Positions 47,007 to 57,956 are shown, numbered from the stretch's first letter. The stretch: DNA of 64,000 bases from Gammaproteobacteria bacterium (GCA_045105615.1 JBGCDS010000030.1:16498-80497); one strand, 5' to 3'. A program made the numbers and translations. Notes: generated by a model from the letters alone, not told the origin.

Positions 47007-48320
47007 TTAGCGTTTTTTGATATCCACATAATCTCTTGGTGCGTAGCCTGTATAAAGCTGGCGAGGTCGACCAATCCTAGCGTCAGGATCACTCATCATT
47101 TCCATCCAGTGAGTCAACCAACCAACAGTACGTGATAAAGCAAATATCACTGTAAACATACTAACTGGAATGCCAATCGCCTGGAAGATAATGCCAGAAT
47201 AGAAATCTACGTTTGGATATAGCTTACGCTTAATGAAGTATTCATCTTCAAGAGCAATCTTTTCTAAGTCCATCGCAATCTTAAGCAATGGCTTGTTCGG
47301 ATTGTCATCACCCAATTCATCAAGTAAGTCGTGGCAGATTTGACGAATAATTTTAGCGCGTGGATCGTAATTTTTATAAACACGATGGCCGAATCCCATT
47401 AATCTGAAACGATCATCTTTGTCTTTAGCGCGGGCAATGTAATGAGATAGGTCTTTGCCTGATGCAACAATCTCATTCAGCATAAGAATAACAGCTTCGT
47501 TTGCGCCGCCGTGTGCTGGACCCCAAAGTGAGCCAATACCTGCTGATAATGCAGCAAATGGGCTAGCTTCTGAACTTCCTGATAAGCGTACAGTAGAAGT
47601 AGAAGCGTTTTGCTCATGATCTGCATGTAAAATTAAAATCAAGTCCATCGCTCGAACCATGGTCGGAGAAGGTGTATGTAATCGACCAGGCATACTGTAA
47701 AGCATGTGTAAAAAGTCACCCGTGTAATCCAAATCAAGGTTTGGATAGTTGAAGGGTTGTCCTAATGCAAATTTGTAACACCAGCTAGCAAGGGTCGGCA
47801 TTTTTGCGATCAAGCGGTGAGCTGCAATTTCTCGAGAAACAGGATCATGTACATCCACTTCTTCATGATAAAAAGCGGCTAAGGCACCCACAGAGGCAAC
47901 CATCATAGCCATAGGGTGAGCATCGTGGCGGAAACCTAAGAAGAAGCGTCTCATTTTCTCATCAAGTAGCTTATGTTCCTTGATCGAATTGGTGTATTTG
48001 GTTAGCTGTGCTGCTGAAGGTAGCTCTCCATAGAGTAGAAGAGAACAGACTTCGTCATAGCTACTATTTTCAGCTAACTGTTCAATGGGGTAACCGCGGT
48101 ACGCTAAGCGCCCTTCGTTACCATCAATAAAGGTGATCTTACTGTCGCAACTTGCAGTGGACATGAATCCTGGGTCAAAAGTGAAATAACCAAGTTCTTT
48201 ATAGAGCGATCTAATATCTATAGTACCTGGACCGTCAGTACCTTCTAGCACCGGCAGTTCAACTTGCTTGCCCGTGGTGTTATCGGTGATGGTGACAGTT
48301 TTCTTTGATTGACTAGACAT
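47007..48320 (-). CDS. gltA: Citrate synthase (type II)
   Basis: 437 aa. [14 protein letters not shown] and [10 protein letters not shown] motifs. Confidence 0.96.
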   Translation of the reverse strand: MSSQSKKTVTITDNTTGKQVELPVLEGTDGPGTIDIRSLYKELGYFTFDPGFMSTASCDSKITFIDGNEGRLAYRGYPIEQLAENSSYDEVCSLLLYGELPSAAQLTKYTNSIKEHKLLDEKMRRFFLGFRHDAHPMAMMVASVGALAAFYHEEVDVHDPVSREIAAHRLIAKMPTLASWCYKFALGQPFNYPNLDLDYTGDFLHMLYSMPGRLHTPSPTMVRAMDLILILHADHEQNASTSTVRLSGSSEASPFAALSAGIGSLWGPAHGGANEAVILMLNEIVASGKDLSHYIARAKDKDDRFRLMGFGHRVYKNYDPRAKIIRQICHDLLDELGDDNPNKPLLKIAMDLEKIALEDEYFIKRKLYPNVDFYSGIIFQAIGIPVSMFTVIFALSRTVGWLTHWMEMMSDPDARIGRPRQLYTGYAPRDYVDIKKR

Positions 48321-48582
48321 GTTTAGTCCTCCTGGATTCTAGTTCAGTGTCCGTTAAATTCAGAGCGCACTGATTGGTGGCCTGTGCAGTGTGTTTTGAT
48401 AATCGACAGTACATTATAAATCTAATTAAAAAGGCGTTATAAACAATTGATATATTTTGGTTTTATTTTTCGAGGATTAATAAATAAGCAGTAATACCTT
48501 CAATTGCCGAGCTATTTTACATGAGTCGGCAGTATAGAGGATATCTAAATCAATAAGTGGCGTTAGTACACACATTTATTAC

Positions 48583-49113
48583 CTAACAGAGCTTAAAGTG
48601 GCTACAGATAAATGTCGCTATCTCCTTAGGTTCATTGATATCTAGGCAAACGACTTGTTCGGCGCTAGGACATGATTTATCAGTCGCCATTGCAATGATA
48701 TTTGTATCTTCAAGACACATGATGGGATGCTCTAAGCTGGGGCGGTATAACTCAATTTTTGGAAAGGATAATTTTTTGAATCCTTCTACTAGAATCAAAT
48801 CGATGTTTTTATGATCGATCTGGTCGATAAGATCAGGTAACGATAACTCTGTTTGTTTCTCATCTAACTCAGTCATTAGTGCCCAACGTCGAGATGAAGA
48901 AATAAGCATCTGTGCTGCTCCCGCATGACGTAACTCATAGCTGTCTTTGCCTTCATGGTCGATATCAAAATTATGGTGGGCATGTTTGATGACGGCCAGA
49001 CGAACACCCTGTTGGCAAAGTAAGGGGATTAATTTGGTTAATAATGTTGTTTTGCCGGTGCCACTGAATGCGCAAAAGCCAAGTAATGGGGTGGGGCAGT
49101 TGTTTAGATCCAT
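48583..49113 (-). CDS. mobB: Molybdopterin-guanine dinucleotide biosynthesis adapter MobB
   Basis: P-loop FSGTGKTTLL. 176 aa. Adjacent to mobA. Confidence 0.88.
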   Translation of the reverse strand: MDLNNCPTPLLGFCAFSGTGKTTLLTKLIPLLCQQGVRLAVIKHAHHNFDIDHEGKDSYELRHAGAAQMLISSSRRWALMTELDEKQTELSLPDLIDQIDHKNIDLILVEGFKKLSFPKIELYRPSLEHPIMCLEDTNIIAMATDKSCPSAEQVVCLDINEPKEIATFICSHFKLC

Positions 49114-49132
49114 ATTGAGTGAGTTAGGTTAA

Positions 49133-49723
49133 TTATAGTAATGCGCTGGCTGCTTGCAGATCTTCAGGAGTGTTGATATTGGTAAACATCTCTACGCAGG
49201 AAGAAAAGTCGGCCTTAGCGTATTGATGTTTATCATACCAACAATCAATTTTACGCTCACCTGCGCCAAGATACTGATTCAAATCGCTCAATAAATCTTG
49301 GTGGATAAGCGCATATACTGGCTGTAATCGGCTTCCATCAAAGGCAACGCTGATTGGGCTGTTAGCTTGGTTAGCGGCTTGCATGAGAATCTCGGCATAA
49401 TTATCAGATAACACTGGGCCATCACAGGGGACGGTCGCGATATAATCAGTTTTGCAATGCTTTAACCCACTTGCCATCCCTGCTAGCGGGCCTTGAAAGT
49501 CCTCGAGTTCATCGCTAATCACCGGGTAACCGTACTCTTGGTAGGTGCTGATGTTACGATTAGCATTGATCAATATGGAGTCTACCTGTGGGCTTAAAGC
49601 ATCAATAATGTAAGCAATCATGGGACGTTCTTCTAACACTACCAGACCTTTGTCGGTACCACCCATGCGGCGAGCTAGTCCGCCAGCGAGAATCAAACCA
49701 GTAATATTGTTGTGTGTTTTCAT
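49133..49723 (-). CDS. mobA: Molybdenum cofactor guanylyltransferase MobA
   Basis: GLILAGGLARRMGGTDKGL N-terminal signature. 196 aa. Confidence 0.9.
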   Translation of the reverse strand: MKTHNNITGLILAGGLARRMGGTDKGLVVLEERPMIAYIIDALSPQVDSILINANRNISTYQEYGYPVISDELEDFQGPLAGMASGLKHCKTDYIATVPCDGPVLSDNYAEILMQAANQANSPISVAFDGSRLQPVYALIHQDLLSDLNQYLGAGERKIDCWYDKHQYAKADFSSCVEMFTNINTPEDLQAASALL

Positions 49724-49802
49724 GTTGGATTAGTGCAGTTCAAGGTAAAATAGAGAGCAATCAGATTATAAAGGTTTCAAACCTAACAAGGAGCATAAAT
49801 AC

Positions 49803-50108
49803 ATGAGTGATCAACATAAAGTGGTAAACAGGCAAATGGAAATTGAAGCCGCAGTTTATAGACGCTTAGTCGAGCATCTTCAATCTAAGCCAGATGTGCA
49901 AAATATCGACTTAATGAATTTGGCGGATTTCTGTCGTAACTGTTTGTCAAAGTGGTACGTTACTGCGGCTAAAGATCAAGGGCTTGAGTTGGATTACGAT
50001 CAAGCGCGTGAACAGGTTTACGGCATGCCATATTCAGAATGGAAAGATAAGTACCAAAAAGAAGCGACACCAGAACAACTCGCCGCCTTTAATACTAATA
50101 AAAAATAA
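49803..50108 (+). CDS. DUF1244 family protein
   Basis: 101 aa. AVYRRLVEHL...ADFCRNCLSKWY matches my memory of the DUF1244 family. Confidence 0.6.
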   Translation: MSDQHKVVNRQMEIEAAVYRRLVEHLQSKPDVQNIDLMNLADFCRNCLSKWYVTAAKDQGLELDYDQAREQVYGMPYSEWKDKYQKEATPEQLAAFNTNKK

Positions 50109-50113
50109 CTAGA

Positions 50114-50884
50114 TTGATGTCTACTTCTTCTAACGAGCTGACTGATGCACAGCTGCTGCAATTTAGTCGGCAGATTATGCTGCCGCAAATTGATATTGAA
50201 GGTCAGCAAAAGTTAATCAATGCGAGTGTATTGGTGTTAGGTGCGGGTGGCTTGGGTTGTCCTGCACTTTCATATTTAGCTACCGCAGGGATTGGCCAAA
50301 TTGTGATTGTCGATCCTGATGTAGTTGATCAATCCAATATGCAGCGCCAGATTTTATATACAGTAGAAGATATTGGACGCTATAAAGCAGAAATTGCTAA
50401 GCAGAAGCTACATCAATTTGGTACAGATGTTCAAATCACTGCGCTGATAAAAATTCCAGATGATAAAGAGTTGCTCTCTCTGGTGAGTAAGGCTGATATT
50501 GTGCTTGATGGGACTGATAATTTTGCAGCACGTTACAAACACAATGAAGCCTGCCTGAAAGCTAAGACACCCCTGATATCAGGTGCAGTCATACGCTTTG
50601 AAGGGCAGCTGACGACTTTTGACCATAGTCAGCTAGATTCGCCGTGCTACCATTGTTTGTATCCTAAAGCGGCGGATGAGCAGCTTAACTGTTCAGAGAA
50701 TGGTGTGCTAGGACCAGTTGCTGGCATTGTCGGAACAATGATGGCGACTGAAACAATCAAAATGTTGCTAGGGATTGGTGAAACATTAACAGGTAAGTTG
50801 ATGCTGTTAGATGCATTACACATGGATTGGCGTTCAGTGCGCTTGCGTAAAGATACGAGTTGTCCTGTGTGTTCAAAAGAGTAA
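50114..50884 (+). CDS. moeB: Molybdopterin-synthase adenylyltransferase MoeB (HesA/MoeB/ThiF family)
   Basis: RQIMLPQI, nucleotide loop GAGGLGCP, two CxxC pairs (CYHC, CPVC). Confidence 0.88.
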   Translation: MMSTSSNELTDAQLLQFSRQIMLPQIDIEGQQKLINASVLVLGAGGLGCPALSYLATAGIGQIVIVDPDVVDQSNMQRQILYTVEDIGRYKAEIAKQKLHQFGTDVQITALIKIPDDKELLSLVSKADIVLDGTDNFAARYKHNEACLKAKTPLISGAVIRFEGQLTTFDHSQLDSPCYHCLYPKAADEQLNCSENGVLGPVAGIVGTMMATETIKMLLGIGETLTGKLMLLDALHMDWRSVRLRKDTSCPVCSKE

Positions 50885-50888
50885 ACAG

Positions 50889-52247
50889 ATGCAAGTCATT
50901 TTAAAGAAAATAGCCGAAGCAATTTGGAAGGTTGACATAAAGTCGCAACCATTATGGAAGCAGCTACTTATTAGTGTCTGTCGCTTTGCTTATTTGATTG
51001 TGATTGATTTGGCTAACGGGCAATTAAACTTGCGTGCCATGTCGTTAGTGTTCACAACAATTTTGTCATTTGTGCCTTTAATTGCAGTAAGCTTTTCGGT
51101 GTTAAAAGCTTTTGGTGTGCATAATCAAATTGAACCTGCATTATTAAATTTATTTTCACACTTGGGTGATAAAGCGCCGGAACTTACCAATAATATTATT
51201 GGTTTTGTAGATAATGTTGAAGTGGGTTTATTGGGGACATTGGGTATTGCGTTCTTATTCTACTCAGTCATTTCACTATTAACTAAAGTAGAAGAAGCCT
51301 TTAACTATACCTGGCGTATACAAAAAACTAGAAGTCTGGCAGAACGGTTTAGTAATTATCTAAGCGTGTTAATGGTAGGTCCAGTATTGGTGATTGCTGC
51401 CATGGGGACCACCGCCAGCTTGTTAAATAACTCGGTTACGCAAAGTTTAGCTAGCGTTGAGCCATTTGGCTTAGTGCTGGAGCTTGTTACTAAGCTTATT
51501 CCTTATGTGTTAATTATATTTGCCTTTACCTTTGTGTATTCATTTGTTCCCAATACCAAGGTACGCTTCATTCCGGCCTTAACCGGTGGTGTAGCCGCAG
51601 GAATACTGTGGCAGTCTGTTGGATATATTTATGCATTAGTGATTGCTCAGTCATCAACGCAGACAGCTATCTATGCTGGCTTTGCAATTATCTTTTTCTT
51701 TATGACCTGGCTGTATCTGAATTGGTTGATTTTATTGGTGGGTTCAAGTGTAGCATTTTATCGTCAATATCCTGAGTATTTAATGTCAAGAAATCAAACT
51801 GTGTCATTAAATAACCATGACCGAGAGCATATTGCTTTAAATGTATTGTTAATGATTGGTGCAAATTTCTATAACAAACAAGCCGCCGTTAGTGTAGAGG
51901 CGATTGTGGATCATTTGGCCTGTCCTAAACAATCAGTTGAAGAAGTACTACAGTGTTATGAAGCAGCGGGTATATTACAAAGTGTGAGTTCGTTGCCACT
52001 GTCATATTTGCCGGCGACACCATTAGAAAATCTAACCGTGTCGGAAGCTTATTCGATAGTTCGTAATAGTCATGCGGTTTTCTCTCCTGTTGTTATACAT
52101 AATGCCGATACAGATATGGCGCTGCCTATTATTGATAGGGTCGAGGGTTCAATTGGGCGTGAGTTGGGAGAGTTGACTGTTAAACAGATAATAGAAATGA
52201 ATACGAGTAAATCAGAAAAATTAAATACTGCTTTGGCTGAATCATAA
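50889..52247 (+). CDS. YihY/BrkB-family inner membrane protein with C-terminal soluble extension
   Basis: Polytopic core with the RSLAERF...PNTKV pattern typical of YihY. ATG 50889 is preferred over 50811, which overlaps moeB. About 150 extra C-terminal residues. Confidence 0.75.
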   Translation: MQVILKKIAEAIWKVDIKSQPLWKQLLISVCRFAYLIVIDLANGQLNLRAMSLVFTTILSFVPLIAVSFSVLKAFGVHNQIEPALLNLFSHLGDKAPELTNNIIGFVDNVEVGLLGTLGIAFLFYSVISLLTKVEEAFNYTWRIQKTRSLAERFSNYLSVLMVGPVLVIAAMGTTASLLNNSVTQSLASVEPFGLVLELVTKLIPYVLIIFAFTFVYSFVPNTKVRFIPALTGGVAAGILWQSVGYIYALVIAQSSTQTAIYAGFAIIFFFMTWLYLNWLILLVGSSVAFYRQYPEYLMSRNQTVSLNNHDREHIALNVLLMIGANFYNKQAAVSVEAIVDHLACPKQSVEEVLQCYEAAGILQSVSSLPLSYLPATPLENLTVSEAYSIVRNSHAVFSPVVIHNADTDMALPIIDRVEGSIGRELGELTVKQIIEMNTSKSEKLNTALAES

Positions 52248-52600
52248 TGGAACAAACAGAAGTAAAAGATTTAATGTTGGCGCTAAGAAAATTTGCGCAG
52301 GATCGTGACTGGGAGCAATTCCATAGCCCAAAAAATCTTTCAATGGCGCTGTCTGTTGAAGCATCGGAGTTACTTGAACATTTTCAATGGATGCCTGATC
52401 AAGCAAGTTATGCCTTGGGTGAAGCGAAACAACAACTTGTTGCCTATGAGCTGGCAGATATATTTATCTATTTACTGCGCATTAGTGATCAGCTTGATGT
52501 GGATTTAATGTCTGTGACTAAAGAGAAAATGAAAATCAATGATGAGCGCTATCCCGTTAGCAAGGTTAAAGGTAGCTCAAAAAAATATACTGAATATTAA
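52247..52600 (+). CDS. MazG-like nucleotide pyrophosphohydrolase
   Basis: 117 aa. RDWEQFHSPKNLSMALSVEASELLEHFQW and ELADIFIYLL (EEXXE/D-type helices). The start overlaps the upstream stop (ATAATGG). Confidence 0.75.
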   Translation: MEQTEVKDLMLALRKFAQDRDWEQFHSPKNLSMALSVEASELLEHFQWMPDQASYALGEAKQQLVAYELADIFIYLLRISDQLDVDLMSVTKEKMKINDERYPVSKVKGSSKKYTEY

Positions 52601-52619
52601 TCTAACTTTTTAAAAACTA

Positions 52620-53822
52620 ATGAATGAACTACCTGCTGAATCTCAACCTATTGAAGAGATTCAAGTAAACAATACTAAAATAACCATCCTAGGTACTGCG
52701 CACGTATCTAAAGCGAGCGCTGATGCAGTACAAGAACTGATTGAAACTAATCAATTTGATGTGATTGCAATAGAACTTTGTGATAGTCGCTATAAATCTA
52801 TCGTCAATCCAAACTCTCTAGCAGAAATGGACCTGTTTGAAGTGATTAAGACTAAGAAAGCTAGCATGGTGGCGGCAAGTCTTGCTTTAGGTGCATACCA
52901 ACAACGTTTAGCAGAGCAGTTTGAAGTGCAGCCTGGGCAAGAGATGCGTGTTGCAATCGAGCTTGCCGAACAGAAAGACCTGCATTTGGAATTAATAGAT
53001 AGAGACGTGGGTATTACCTTAAAGCGTTTGTATAGAAATATCCCCTGGTGGAGAAAGCTGTATGTGATTTCTGGCTTAATCGCCAGCGTGGTTACCAATG
53101 AAAAGGTGACAGAGGAAGAAATTGAGAAGCTAAAGACAGGTGATATGCTTGAAAACACTTTTGCACAATTTGCTTCCTCTGCTTATGACCTTTTTAGTCC
53201 ATTGATTGCAGAACGTGATCAGTTTATGTCAGCGAAACTTAGACAGGCTGTCGATAAGCGCGAAGGTAAAAATATATTAGCTGTTGTTGGGGCGGGGCAC
53301 TTAGCCGGTATAAAAGAAGAATTGAATAATGGTAATGCTGTGCCGCAAGACACAATTAGTGAGTTAACACATCTTCCTAAAGGCTCAAGCATTGGCAAAT
53401 TTATTCCGTGGATAATTGTTGCGCTAGTATTAAGTGGTTTTGCATTTGGGTTTAGTAAGAGTACTGATTTGGGTTGGAGTCTGGTTGTTAACTGGATTTT
53501 AATTAATGGGGGTTTGTCAGCATTAGGTGCCGCGATTGCGGGTGCACATATACTGACAGTTATCACAGCATTCCTTGCTGCGCCATTGACTTCACTCAAC
53601 CCTGCGATTGGGGCAGGGGTGGTTACTTCAGCTGTAGAGCTTTATCTGCGTAAACCTACAATTAAAGACTTTGAAAATGTACGTGTAGCTACAACAAAAT
53701 TATCAGGCTGGCGTTCTAATCGTGTGGCGAGATTAATCTTAGTATTCTTGTTGAGTACCTTAGGCTCTGTGCTTGGTACTTACATTGCCGGCTTTCAAAT
53801 ATTCGACGCGCTAGTCAACTAA
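52620..53822 (+). CDS. TraB/GumN family protein
   Basis: ITILGTAHVSKASADAV N-terminus and GAGHLAGI. C-terminal TM helices. 400 aa. Confidence 0.78.
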   Translation: MNELPAESQPIEEIQVNNTKITILGTAHVSKASADAVQELIETNQFDVIAIELCDSRYKSIVNPNSLAEMDLFEVIKTKKASMVAASLALGAYQQRLAEQFEVQPGQEMRVAIELAEQKDLHLELIDRDVGITLKRLYRNIPWWRKLYVISGLIASVVTNEKVTEEEIEKLKTGDMLENTFAQFASSAYDLFSPLIAERDQFMSAKLRQAVDKREGKNILAVVGAGHLAGIKEELNNGNAVPQDTISELTHLPKGSSIGKFIPWIIVALVLSGFAFGFSKSTDLGWSLVVNWILINGGLSALGAAIAGAHILTVITAFLAAPLTSLNPAIGAGVVTSAVELYLRKPTIKDFENVRVATTKLSGWRSNRVARLILVFLLSTLGSVLGTYIAGFQIFDALVN

Positions 53823-53826
53823 ATCT

Positions 53827-54630
53827 GTGATTGGTTTTGATAGCGTAGTTATATTTTTACTGCTTGGTGGTGTGGTTGGATTTTTTGCAGGTCTTCTAGG
53901 CGTTGGAGGCGGTGGCATTATGGTGCCAGTGCTTACATCCTATTTCTTATACAAAAATGTTCCTGTTGATTCGGTAGTGCATCTAGCGCTTGGTACGTCT
54001 ATGGCCTCAATTATTATGACTTCGGCATCAAGTTTATATGCGCACCAACGCCATCAAGGTGTTGTTTGGAATATTGTAAAAGTGATGGCACCTGCTGTAT
54101 TGATTGGAACCTTTGTTGCTACGTACCTCGTTACACATATTAGTTCGCAACAGTTGGCAATATTCTTTGCGGTATTTATGACTTATGTGTCTATTCAAAT
54201 GTTTCTGAATATTCAACCAAAACCATCTCGCTCGATACCAGGTAAAGTGGGTTTGTTGTCGGCAGGGGGCGGAATAGGGGCTATTTCAGCGGTTGTTGCG
54301 ATAGGTGGGGGAAGTTTGACCGTGCCTTTTTTGGCTTGGCATAATGTGCCAATAAAGAAAGCCATTGGTACTTCAGCAGCGATAGGTTTTCCCATTGCGA
54401 TAGCCGGGACACTGGGATATTTGATTAATGGTTTGAGCAATACTTATCAGCAAGATTATTTGTATGGTTTTATTTACCTGCCTGCGGTAATGCTAATATC
54501 ACTGGTAAGTTATTTTACTGCACCATTAGGGGCTCGCCTGGCACATAGGTTACCTGTACCAGTATTGAAGAAAGTATTTGCACTTTTCTTGTTGTTGTTA
54601 GGTGCGAAAATGCTTTTTTCGATTATTTAA
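53827..54630 (+). CDS. TauE/SafE-family anion (sulfite-type) exporter
   Basis: 267-aa polytopic protein. Gly-rich helices LGVGGGGIMVP and IGGGSLTVPF. GTG start is uncertain. Confidence 0.78.
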   Translation: MIGFDSVVIFLLLGGVVGFFAGLLGVGGGGIMVPVLTSYFLYKNVPVDSVVHLALGTSMASIIMTSASSLYAHQRHQGVVWNIVKVMAPAVLIGTFVATYLVTHISSQQLAIFFAVFMTYVSIQMFLNIQPKPSRSIPGKVGLLSAGGGIGAISAVVAIGGGSLTVPFLAWHNVPIKKAIGTSAAIGFPIAIAGTLGYLINGLSNTYQQDYLYGFIYLPAVMLISLVSYFTAPLGARLAHRLPVPVLKKVFALFLLLLGAKMLFSII

Positions 54631-54633
54631 GAC

Positions 54634-56766
54634 CTACTGCTGAACGACCATTCTCTGTTGGGCACGATTCCAATAACTATTTAAGTCGGCTGAAATTTGC
54701 GCTGCTTCGATGAGTAAAATATCATTTTCGATATTGTCATTATCATCATCTTTATTGTCTTTTTCATCATCACTATCATCGTTGCTTAAACCAATCAACT
54801 TCTCGTATTGTTTGCGGTCTTTTTCGAGTTGTAAGAATGTTTTTTCGCGTTTACTTTGATTCAATGACAACTCGGTTTGCTGTTGTAAACTTTCATTTAG
54901 ATTGTATAGTTTGATTAAAGATTGATATTTTTCATCATCTTTAGTGCGACTAACATGTTGCCTTTCTAGGTCTTCTACAATTTTCTTAGAGATGTGACGA
55001 TTATTAAACTGTGTTGGAGAAATCTTAGTCCAAGGTAAAGCATTATCTAGACTGCGCTCACCCTGTTCCGATTTATCATAAGACGCCTCAAATGGGATGT
55101 CAGGTTCAACTCCGCGGTGTTGAGTGCTCTCACCATTGATTCGGTAATACTGGGCAATCGTTGCTTTTAGCTGTCCTAAATTAGCGTCATTCTTTCGCCC
55201 CATTCGATTTAAGTCGACAAGTTGCTGTACTGAACCTTTGCCAAATGTGGTCTCACCGACAATTACCGCACGGCCATAGTCTTGTAATGCGCTGGCTACA
55301 ATTTCTGAGGCTGATGCACTGAATCTGTCTACCAATACAACCATTGGGCCTGTGTAAGAAATGTTTGCATCTTTATCTTTGTGAATTTCTATATGACCGC
55401 TAGAGTCACGAACTTGTACAATCGGGCCTTTATCTATAAATAAACCGGCTAATTGAGTTGCTTCAATTAATGAACCGCCACCATTTGAACGTAGGTCGAG
55501 TACTAAGCTATCGATATCCTCTTCGAGCAGTTCAACTAGTAATTTATGTACATCACGAGTAGTACTACGATAATCTTCTTCACCATTTTGAAAAGCGTTG
55601 AAGTCTAAATAGAAGGTCGGAATAGTTACAATGCCAATTTTTTCCGTTTTATTATCATTTGCTATTTCTATTATATCTTTAGTCGCGGCCTGTTCTTCTA
55701 ACTTGATTTTATTGCGAGTGATAGCAATTTCTTCTACTGCTGCACCATCACCTTTGCTACCAGGCAAAATTTGTAATTTAACAATAGTATCTTTAGGGCC
55801 ACGGATTAGTTCAACGACTTCTTCTAAGCGCCAACCAACAACATCAGTGAATTCTTTTTCATTTTGCTGTGAAATGCCAATGATTTTATCTTTGGAGTGG
55901 AGTAGGTCACCAAGATCAGCTGGACCACCAGGAATAATACGTTCAACTATAGTGTTGTCGCCATCAGTGCGTAGTAATGCGCCAATACCTTCAAGCGAAA
56001 GGCTCATGCGAATTTCAAAATTATCAAATGAGCGTGGGGATAAATAGCTAGTATGTGGATCAATCGCAGTGGCATAGGAGTTGATATAGATTTGGAAAAT
56101 ATCGTTTTCATCTAATTGCTTAGTGCGTTTTAATACACTGCTGTAACGTTTGACTAAAGTCTTTTTGATTTCGTCTTCTTTTTTATCAGCAAGCACTAAT
56201 GACAACACGTCATTTTTAATGCGTTTACGCCATAGGTCATTTTGTTGTTCTATAGTTACCGGCCACTTAGCATTTTTGCGTTCTATAACAAACGTTTCGT
56301 CTTTAGAGAAATCAAACTCTTTCTCTATCAATAGCAATGCATATTCAATGCGTTCATTAACTCGCTTTTGATAAGTGGAGAAAATTGAATAGGCTGGCAA
56401 TAAATTATTTGCGCGTAAGGCGTCATCCAAAGTGAATCTGTATTTATCAAAGCGTGCAATATCAGTAGCTAGAAAATAACTCTTACTCGAATCAAGAGAA
56501 TCTAAAAAATTATTGAAGATGATGGCTGAAAATTCATCATTTAAGTCAACTTTGCGATAATGATAGCGACCTAAAAAGTCAGTAATATGCTTAGTTGCAC
56601 GTAAGTGATCAACCGTAGGAGATAGAGTAGTATTCTCAGCGGCAATACTATTGAAAGATAGGATCGCCAGTAAAAAGGCGGAGACAAGGTTGATTATTTT
56701 TTTATGCACGATGGTTTTGACTTGGGCTCTGGTGATTAATTCAAAGAATTTATGATTAGATTTCAA
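54634..56766 (-). CDS. prc: Carboxy-terminal processing (tail-specific) protease Prc
   Basis: 710 aa. PDZ region. S41 catalytic segment VVLVDRFSASASEI with the downstream TFGKGSVQ lysine. Acidic C-terminal tail. Confidence 0.92.
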   Translation of the reverse strand: MKSNHKFFELITRAQVKTIVHKKIINLVSAFLLAILSFNSIAAENTTLSPTVDHLRATKHITDFLGRYHYRKVDLNDEFSAIIFNNFLDSLDSSKSYFLATDIARFDKYRFTLDDALRANNLLPAYSIFSTYQKRVNERIEYALLLIEKEFDFSKDETFVIERKNAKWPVTIEQQNDLWRKRIKNDVLSLVLADKKEDEIKKTLVKRYSSVLKRTKQLDENDIFQIYINSYATAIDPHTSYLSPRSFDNFEIRMSLSLEGIGALLRTDGDNTIVERIIPGGPADLGDLLHSKDKIIGISQQNEKEFTDVVGWRLEEVVELIRGPKDTIVKLQILPGSKGDGAAVEEIAITRNKIKLEEQAATKDIIEIANDNKTEKIGIVTIPTFYLDFNAFQNGEEDYRSTTRDVHKLLVELLEEDIDSLVLDLRSNGGGSLIEATQLAGLFIDKGPIVQVRDSSGHIEIHKDKDANISYTGPMVVLVDRFSASASEIVASALQDYGRAVIVGETTFGKGSVQQLVDLNRMGRKNDANLGQLKATIAQYYRINGESTQHRGVEPDIPFEASYDKSEQGERSLDNALPWTKISPTQFNNRHISKKIVEDLERQHVSRTKDDEKYQSLIKLYNLNESLQQQTELSLNQSKREKTFLQLEKDRKQYEKLIGLSNDDSDDEKDNKDDDNDNIENDILLIEAAQISADLNSYWNRAQQRMVVQQ

Positions 56767-57001
56767 TTTATTGTATACAAATGTTTAAGTAAATAGCGTA
56801 TTTATGTCTCTATTTTGATGAAAAACTCTCAGTGAGTTCCGTATAAAACAATTAAAATGGCGCATTAATTAATTTGGAAGTAGGCACAATTGTGCCATAC
56901 AATGCCAAGAAAGTATTGTAACTATTTGAAATAAAAGCATATTAAAGAATTGGAAATTCTCATTTTTAAGCTGTAATGAGAATGTATTAAGGAGAATATC
57001 A

Positions 57002-57499
57002 GTGGATCTGCCAAAACAAGAAAAAAAGCTATTTATGACGCGTTTAATGACCCCGGAGATGGCTAATTTCTCTGGCAAAGTCCACGGAGGCTCAATATTG
57101 AAGCTTTTAGATGAGGCGGCTTTTTCTTGTGCATCGCGTTACTGTCAGACTTACGTGGTTACTGCTTCGCTTGATCAAGTCGTATTCAAGAACCCGATTA
57201 AAGTAGGGGACTTAGTCACGTTCAAATGTCATGTGAATTACGTAGGGCGTAGCTCAATGGAAATTGGTATTAAAGTCGAAGGTGAGAAGATCTGTGAAAA
57301 GAGAAAATATCACGCTATATCCTGTTACTTCACGATGATTTCAGTGGACGAAAATGGAAGATCCCAGCAGGTGCCAAGACTCAGACTAGAGACAGAAACA
57401 GAAGAAAAGCTTTTCCAGGCCGGTAAAATGCGCTGCCAGATGCGTAAAGAGATTCATGAAAGAAATCTACAACTACATGTTGGGCTAGATTCTGACTAA
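57002..57499 (+). CDS. Hotdog-fold acyl-CoA thioesterase (YciA-like)
   Basis: MANFSGKVHGGSILKLLDEAA motif. GTG start with AAGGAG 7-8 nt upstream (alternative ATG at 57035). Confidence 0.82.
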   Translation: MDLPKQEKKLFMTRLMTPEMANFSGKVHGGSILKLLDEAAFSCASRYCQTYVVTASLDQVVFKNPIKVGDLVTFKCHVNYVGRSSMEIGIKVEGEKICEKRKYHAISCYFTMISVDENGRSQQVPRLRLETETEEKLFQAGKMRCQMRKEIHERNLQLHVGLDSD

Positions 57500-57550
57500 A
57501 GCAGTAAAATTGCGATAAAGAATCAAATACCGAAGAACTCGAAAAGAGAT

Positions 57551-57579
57551 ATGAGTAGCTAGATAAGCTAGCTACTCAT
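57551..57579. terminator. Bidirectional hairpin terminator between the thioesterase gene and cspA
   Basis: ATGAGTAGCTAG-ATAAG-CTAGCTACTCAT, a perfect 12-bp stem. Confidence 0.8.
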
Positions 57580-57596
57580 AAATGACTTAATTGAGG

Positions 57597-57803
57597 CTAA
57601 ACAGGAACGACATTATTAGCACATGGGCCTTTTTGACCTTCACCCACTTCAAACTCAACTGCTTGACCATCATTCAACGTTGCGTAACCGCCACCGTTTT
57701 TGATTTCAGAGTGGTGTACGAAAAGATCTTTTCCACCATCTTCTGGAGTGATGAAGCCAAAACCTTTGTCCGCATTGAACCACTTTACTGTACCTTTACT
57801 CAT
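57597..57803 (-). CDS. cspA: Cold-shock protein CspA family
   Basis: 68 aa. [18 protein letters not shown] (RNP1) and DLFVHHSEI (RNP2). Confidence 0.97.
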   Translation of the reverse strand: MSKGTVKWFNADKGFGFITPEDGGKDLFVHHSEIKNGGGYATLNDGQAVEFEVGEGQKGPCANNVVPV

Positions 57804-57956
57804 TTTCTATCGTTCCTTTATGGATTAAATTACATATTTGTCGCTACACAAAAATTGTGTAAATAAAACGACAGGCGTGAGTGTAACCGAAGGTAGGCCT
57901 ATATACACATTTTAATTGGTCATTTAGGGGTAAAAATGCAGTTTTAGCGGGTATTT

